From Octopus vulgaris (Eukaryota), in NCBI GenBank assembly GCA_951406725.2, contig OX597838.1:18352001-18416000 (forward strand): 64,000 bases of DNA, given 5' to 3'. A program made the translations under genes and the position numbers. Under the pieces are notes generated by a model. It had not been told where the DNA came from and did not search any database. It worked only from the letters and a program-made list of their open reading frames with translations. How positions within the stretch are numbered: the stretch's first letter is position 1; each line of letters opens with the position of its first letter. This document shows positions 55,966 to 64,000 of the stretch, piece by piece.

Positions 55966-56949
55966 TCGCAATCTAACAACTGAAGCATCTACAGGAGATT
56001 GTAATATGGCGAACAGAGAGTAAATGCATCAACGACACGAGTATATTGTGGCCTTGAGCCAATATGAGACATTTTCTTTGTCATTATTGCTATTTCCTTC
56101 ACAACATGAGTAGTTCTCATCAGATCAATTTCCTCTACCCCAACCGCTCCCCAAAAGGTAACAACAATATCAACAACATCGTAGATTAAGCCGAAGATTA
56201 CATAACAGACATAACAGTAAAACAATATGAACGCCGTAATAAACGCTGGTCACCAGGCAATAAGTTCCTAATCTTTTCAACTTTCTCTATTTTCACCGAC
56301 AAATCCAGCAGCACTGTTAACTGTTTAGCATATAACGAGATTATCTCCTCTAAATTCCACTTCCATCGTGTCTACGCCGCTAAGAAGCAGAGCGGCTATC
56401 GCAAGTAGGATCTCGTCGTCCACATGTCGGATATTTAATCCGGAAAGCTTTTGACTTCATAACAAACACAGATTACAATTACAAACAGAATGTCACCGAG
56501 AACATTTTGAGAACTGCTTCGTTGATTGTCTAGTTTTGTGTTTTTATTTATTCGTGTTTTTTTCTTCTTGTAGATCTTCGTTGCTTTTGTGTTCCGTGTA
56601 TCTGTATGTGTTTGCGTGCGAACGCATATGTGTGTGTGTCTGTGTGTCCGTGTGTAAATATGTTTGCTCTGCTCTTTCACTTATCATTGAGGAATAGTTG
56701 TCTAACTCCTCACACCTATTTAATACCCTACTCACTTATTTATTTATTTATTTATTAATATATTTATTTATTTATTTATTTATTTATTTATTAATACAAT
56801 TAAGTGTTTTCCAGTTTTGCTATCAGAATCAATCATCGTATTCCTGAGAGTTTATTTCTTTTTATGATGGAAAGCGCAAGAGACATTACATTTTGTTTTT
56901 TATTATTATTAATAATAAATAAAATGGGGCGTGTTGGCAGAATTGTTAA

Positions 56950-57180
56950 CGGCAAGCTGGCAGAAACGTTAGCACGCCGGGCGAAATGCTTAGCGCTATT
57001 TCGTCTGCCGTTACATTCTGGGTTCAAATTCCGCCGAGGTCGACTTTGCCTTTCATCCTTTCGGGGTCGATTAAATAAGTATCATTTATGCACTGGGGTC
57101 GATATAATCGACTTAATCCCTTTGTCTGTCCTTGTTTGTCCCCTCTGTGTGTAGCCCCTTGTGGGTAGTAAAGAAATAAG
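56950..57180 (+). mobile_element. SINE family B
   Basis: Full match. Confidence 0.8.
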
Positions 57181-57409
57181 AATTGTTAACGCGTCGGATA
57201 AAGTGCCTCGCAGCATTTCTTCTGGTTTTACGCTTTGGGGTCAAATACCACCGAGATCGACTTAGCCCTTTTATATTCTCAGGCTTGATTAAATAAGTCG
57301 AGCAATAAGATTGATGACATCGACTTACCCCTGCCTTTAGAATAAGTGGCCTTGTGCTAGAATTTAAAACCATTATTAATAACAAATGTGTTTACACAGT
57401 ATTTGTGAG

Positions 57410-57498
<89 letters not shown>

Positions 57499-57653
57499 AT
57501 GTGTGTGTGTATTAATTGTATTCCAACCTAGTTGGATTTTCACGTTTTATTATTTACATGTTTTACAAATTTAGATTGTTGAAATAAACTAGTAGTTTCA
57601 TTCGTTACGCATTCATCAGGTTTATGCAGTGACAGTTGTGTTTCCCTATTGAT

Positions 57654-57835
<182 letters not shown>

Positions 57836-58074
57836 GAATAAATATATGTATTGGAGCACACTCAAAAATAATCAGTGCCAAAATTGCGAAGATAATCTGG
57901 TTCTTGACTGAAGATAGAAAACTTGGAATGACCGGTCTTTGTTTTCTTTGTATTGTCTATCTGGATGTTTTGTTGTCCCTTTTTGTATCACCTGGTTGTC
58001 CGGATGTTTTGCGTTCTTGTCCCACTTTGTATTATATATATATATATATGAATAACTATGTGTATATATATGTG

Positions 58075-58126
<52 letters not shown>

Positions 58127-58310
58127 TAAACACACACATATATATATATATTTGTTTTTCATCCTCTTCAAAATTACTCTTAACCGTGGTTTGGGCCTTG
58201 ACTTCTCCTTTTAGCATGTAATTAGTGTATAAATATACACTAATTTTATATAAAAAAATATGTTGTCTATTGACTCTTTTATGCATGCTAGCCACTAAAT
58301 TTTCTACCCA

Positions 58311-58343
<33 letters not shown>

Positions 58344-58418
58344 TACATATACATACTTACATACATAATCTGGGTTTGGTAAAATAAAAAGAAGCAGAAC
58401 GTAGTACCCAATACATGA

Positions 58419-58463
<45 letters not shown>

Positions 58464-58613
58464 ATTAGTGAGGGATTATGAAACTGGGCAAAAACAAAAC
58501 AAAGCAATTAATAAGCTCTCTGTTAGCAAACCAGGCTGTCAATATTATATTTTCTATCAAAAATTTCTGTGTATTATTGTGACAGGGTCCGGGCTTATAA
58601 CTTTTACTAGAAA

Positions 58614-58708
58614 TGACTCTGACGAAAATATCGTTAATTTTTTAAGCCGTCCACTGAACCGATTGAGTAAACGAACCTATAATGATTACCGGAAACACCT
58701 GTAAGTCA
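58614..58708 (+). ncRNA. Hammerhead motif with long stem II region in a (TA)n-flanked insert (~58460-58757)
   Basis: tgact-CTGACGA-[66 nt including atcgtta/taatgat]-GAAA-c acct g-TA-agtca. Stem I is a perfect 5 bp, the base of stem II is mismatched, and AATAAA lies downstream. Confidence 0.65.
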
Positions 58709-58936
58709 AATTTACTACAAGAAAAATAAATAATGAACATTATTTATACCTCGTCTTATGTGCATATATATATATATATATAATTATATATTTATTTATA
58801 TATGTAATTATATATACATATATACACATACACATATATACATACACGCATACATACAGATATTTAATATATATATATATCCATACATGCATGCATACAC
58901 ATATATATGCATTTTAAACGCATACACACATACATG

Positions 58937-58970
<34 letters not shown>

Positions 58971-59524
58971 CCCATATATATATATATATGTATATATATG
59001 CATTTTAAACACATACATATATATATATATACATATTTATAAACACATACAAAGATACATATGCTGAGAGAGAGAAAAGAATGAATGAATGAAAGAAAGA
59101 AAGAAAGAATGAAAGAAAGAAAAGAAGGTAAAGATATGGGGAAGGGAAAATGCGTATGATTGAGAGAGTGGAACAGGTGATTGATGACTCGGGAAACTAG
59201 CGAGAGAAAAACAAAAAAATTGTTCGATCAGGTTTATATCACAGGTGTTTATGGAAAACTCCCAAAGCTGAGAACGAAAGCATGCGTTACGTGGCACTTC
59301 ATACTCAGCAATCTTTATAAATCAGAGAATTTTCAATAATTTGCTGACACTTATGCATAGCTTCCTCACTGCATCGATCTACAGCAATTTGAATCTCAAG
59401 CATTCGCACATATTTCTCTTTTTTTTTTTGTCTTTGTCACTTTGAATTTTACCTTTGATTTTTATCGTTCTCAAACGCAACATATTAATATTCTTCGATA
59501 TATCTTTATCTTTTATTATCTTTC

Positions 59525-60203
59525 TTTTTACTCTTTTACTTGTTTCAGTCATTTGACTGCGGCCATGCTGGAGTACCGCCTTTTAATCGAGCATCTCGAC
59601 CCCCGGGACTTATTCTTTTTGTAAGCCCAGTACTTACTTATTCTATCGGTCTCTTTTGCCGAACCGTTGGAAGTTTAACGTAAATATATTTCTTTATTGC
59701 CCACAAGGGGCTAAACATAGAGGGGACAAACAAGGCCGAACAAAGGGATTAAGTCGATTAGATCGACCCCAGTGCGTAATTCTCTTTACTCTCTTTTACT
59801 CTTTTACTTGTTTCAGTCATTTGACTGCGGCCATGCTGGAGCACCGCCTTTTAATCGAGCATCTCGACCCCCGGGACTTATTCTTTTTGTAAGCCCAGTA
59901 CTTACTTGTTCTATCGGTCTCTTTTGCCGAACCGCTAAGTGACGGGGACGTAAACACACCAGCATCGGTTGTCAAGCAATGCTAGGGGGACAAACACACA
60001 CACATACACACACACATATATACATATATACATATATACGACAGGCTTCTTTCAGTTTCCGTCTACCAAATCCACTCACAAGGCATTGGTCGGCCCGGGG
60101 CTATAGCAGAAGACACTTGCCCAAGATGCCACGCAGTGGGACTGAACCCGGAGCCATGTGGTTGGTTAGCAAGCTACTTACCACACAGCCACTCCTGCGC
60201 CTA
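59525..60203 (-). mobile_element. SINE family A with duplicated tail and an internal foreign segment
   Basis: Tail 59525-59666 is repeated at 59790-59934, separated by a copy of 60696-60805. Confidence 0.8.
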
Positions 60204-60327
60204 TATATATATATATAATCGAAGTAAAATGCTTCTTTGTAAATCTGTCACTTTTATACACAGAAATTTATAAATAATTCTTAATTACCTAATATATATA
60301 TTAGCGACAGAGGCAGCATTAAGGTCG

Positions 60328-60589
60328 AGAGGCAATATTTATCTCCGTTTAAACGTGGGTGTTCTGTTGGAATAATCTATACTGCGGTAGAATACACGAG
60401 AGAAACTCTCATGTTCGTGGTCTCGGTGCTGGAGCTGGTGGAGATTTATCTCCCCACTTGCGATTTAAACCAGCGTGCACTTTGTACAAAAAAAGGACAA
60501 CAAAATGAGAAGTTCTCTCATGACCTCTATCGCAGTATAGTTTATTCTAACCGAGCATCCACGTTTGAGTAGCGATAAATGTTACCTCT
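60328..60589. repeat. Imperfect ~85-bp inverted repeat (MITE-like or long hairpin)
   Basis: 60328-60412 matches the reverse complement of 60505-60589 at roughly three-quarters identity by eye. Confidence 0.75.
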
Positions 60590-60715
60590 GTAAATTATCT
60601 GTTTCAATATGACTTTATTGTAACGCTCCAAATAACACATAATATAAGAATGGCTTATTTCGCATCAGTTGCTTTTTTTCACAACGCTTGCCAAATTGGA
60701 AGTTTAACGTAAATA

Positions 60716-61730
60716 TATTTCTTTATTGCCCACAAGGGGCATAGAGAGGACAAACAAGGACGAACAAAGGGATTAAGTCGATTAGATCGACCCCAGTGCG
60801 TAACTCTCATTACTCTCTTTTACTCTTTTACTTGTTTCAGTCATTTGACTGTGGCCATGCTGGAGCACCGCCTTTAGTCGAGCAAATCGACCCCAGGACT
60901 TATTCCTTGTAAGCCTGGTACTTATTCTATCGGTCTCTTTTGCCGAACCGCTAAGTTACGGGGACGTAAACACACTAGCATCGGTTGTCAAGCGATGTTG
61001 GGGGAGAAACACAGACACACAAACATATATATACACACACACACATATATATATATACATATTTACGACAGGCTTCTTTTCAGTTTCTGTCTACCAAATA
61101 CGCTCTTAAGGCAAGAGTAGACGACACTTGCACAAGGTGCCACGCAGTTGGTCTGAACCTGGAACCATGTGGTTGGTAAGCAAGCAACTTACCAATACTT
61201 ACCACACAGCCACTCCTACGCCTAACTGGTACTTATTTAATCGACCCCGAAAGGATGAAATGCAAAGTCGACCTCGCCAGAACTTGAACTCAGAACGTAG
61301 CGGCAGACGAAATACCTATTTCTTTACTGCCCACAAGGGGCTACACACAGAGGGGACAAACGAGGACAGACAAACGGATTAATTCGATTATATCGACCCC
61401 AGTGCATAACTGGTACTTATTTAATCGACCCCGAAAGGATGAAAGGTAAAGTCGACCTCGGCAGAATTTGAACTCAGGACGTACCGGCAGACGAAATACG
61501 GCTACGCATTTCGCCCGGCGTGCTAACGATTCTTTTCTACTCAAGGAAGAAGGCCCGAATTTTTGAGGGAGGCGGCCAATCGATTAGATCGACCCCAGTA
61601 CGCAAGTGGTACTTAATATATCGACCCCGAAAGGATGAAAGGCAAATCAACCTCGGCGGAATTTGTACTCAGAACGTAACGGCAGGCGATATACCGCCAA
61701 GCATTTTGCCCAGCGTGCTAACGATTCTGC
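60716..61730 (-). mobile_element. SINE B array with a SINE A nested at 60805-61222
   Basis: The B sequence GTGCGTAACT|GGTACTTA is split by a SINE A, with TAACT on both sides. Confidence 0.8.
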
Positions 61731-61914
61731 ATACGAAAATAGACAATGTCACTTGGAATAAAGCATGCACCATCCATGCTCGGGTTTGATCTCCTCCATC
61801 ATCTGATCATTGCTATGATTGAATATTGTCTATGTCGTATGAACATTTGAAGTAACGGACAGCCTGAGCGCATAAGAAGTATAACACGAAATAGATACAT
61901 AGGTGGGCGTGTGC

Positions 61915-61989
<75 letters not shown>

Positions 61990-62165
61990 GTGTGTGTGTG
62001 TGTGTATTTTTATAAACACATACATATATCTATATATATGAAAATGTATGTATATATATATATATATATCATATATATATATATATATATACGTATGCGT
62101 GTATGTGTATTACACATGCATACACACACGTATATACACTAACACACACACACACACGCACACAC

Positions 62166-62202
<37 letters not shown>

Positions 62203-62272
62203 ATACGTACACATAATTTTATCTTAATTTCATAAATTACTGTTCTCTCCTCCAAGATGTACTACAACGCCG

Positions 62273-62369
<97 letters not shown>

Positions 62370-62399
62370 GTAATAGTAATAATAATAATAATAATGATG

Positions 62400-62507
<108 letters not shown>

Positions 62508-62766
62508 GTGCTACTACTGCCTTAAAAGGCAGCGTCTGTCTACATGTAAAATCTATCAGATTAGTCTCGACACAATAGATCGCCATCTACCATAAACCCA
62601 TCGGTCTAAGCAATTACGGACATCAGATAAACGCCTTGAGTAATTACACCTTCCAAATTATCGCTCGCCGTCATTTTACAAAGACTTCAATACACTGTCG
62701 GCCATGTTGTTTTATTAATATTTCTATTACTATTCCTATCATCATTCTTATTACTATTATTTGTAA

Positions 62767-62814
<48 letters not shown>

Positions 62815-62864
62815 CGGCGGCATTGCTGTTATTGTTGTTGTTGTTATTATTATTATTATTATTA

Positions 62865-62928
<64 letters not shown>

Positions 62929-63015
62929 CAGGGTCCTGTGTTTCATCTTTTGTAATACATTTTATACTTAGTTAAGTAGATAATAATAATAATAATAATA
63001 ATAACAATAATAATG

Positions 63016-63178
<163 letters not shown>

Positions 63179-64000
63179 TAATAATAATAATAATAATAAT
63201 AATTTGAATACACTCATTCATACAAACGCGCATACATACACGAGCACACGTATATATATATATACATATAACTTACATACACACACCTCACACACACCAC
63301 GCACAAGCACATACATGTTCATACGCAGACACACACATATATATACAATCACAGATGCATACACACACCATACACGCACACACACGCACACACACACACA
63401 CACACACATACACACACACACACGCATACACTTATATATAATGCATTTTTTTCCTCACTTTCTTGTCCCGACTTCAATCGCCAGACTACTGACCCTCTCG
63501 TTTAAATTTTTTTCTCTCTCTCCTTCTCTCCCCCACCCCGCCCCTCTCTCTCTCTCTTTTCTTTCCTATCGAGTATTGCATATATAAAAAAAAAATCGGT
63601 AAAGCTAATTCTGAATGGAAAAATGTATAGTTATCGATAAATCGATTGCCCCTTAGGAAGCCATGCAATTATCTTTTCTTTCTTTTTTTTCTCACCCCAC
63701 TTTCTCTTTTCTATACTCTTTCAAGCTGTGATATCTTTAACTGGTTTTGTTATGCCGGTTGTTGTTCTTGGTTTTATCACATGATACACCCACATACACA
63801 GACCCACACAAACACACACTTATATACACACATACACATATATACACATATTGATATTTTTATCTGCATTTTCTCCACTTCATCACTTTTACTCCTGTCT
63901 GATACACGCGCACGTAAAACTACTTGCATATATGCATGTATATATATATATGTGTGTGTATATATATATGTGCAAATGTATATGCATATACACATCTATA

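Noticed and set aside
56240-56450. Possible exon or RT remnant (minus strand IRHVDDEILLA)
   Set aside because: A single weak motif in a short frame with no corroborating features.
57870-58035. TA-flanked insert containing GACTGAAGA
   Set aside because: It may be a decayed member of the HHR class, but no stem II or III can be built from this copy.

Overview
This is an AT-rich, repeat-saturated eukaryotic intergenic or intronic window with one 100-N assembly gap. The SINE and microsatellite repertoire suggests a coleoid cephalopod such as Octopus; that assignment is inference. I see no intact host protein-coding gene, and nearly all ORFs in the supplied track are translations of microsatellites or SINEs. 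Contents: (1) dozens of tRNA-derived SINE copies in four head/body types with shuffled tails, nesting and tandem multimers; (2) decayed fragments of a Penelope-like element (RT plus GIY-YIG), RTE LINEs, R4/Dong-like RLE LINEs, a mariner and Helitron-like elements; (3) a ~171-bp tandem repeat with ABAB higher-order structure. The main signal is a dense, sequence-diverse set of short elements lying mostly in or next to (TA)n tracts that carry type I hammerhead ribozyme (HHR) motifs (CUGANGA...GAAA...UH). Several have unusually long stem II arms, one pair of copies shows compensatory stem II changes, and several are arranged as inverted pairs (for example a perfect 164-bp-arm palindrome at 34547-34954). 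These look like Penelope pLTR-derived or retrozyme-like non-autonomous elements. All folds were done by eye, boundaries are approximate, and nothing here was computed or searched.
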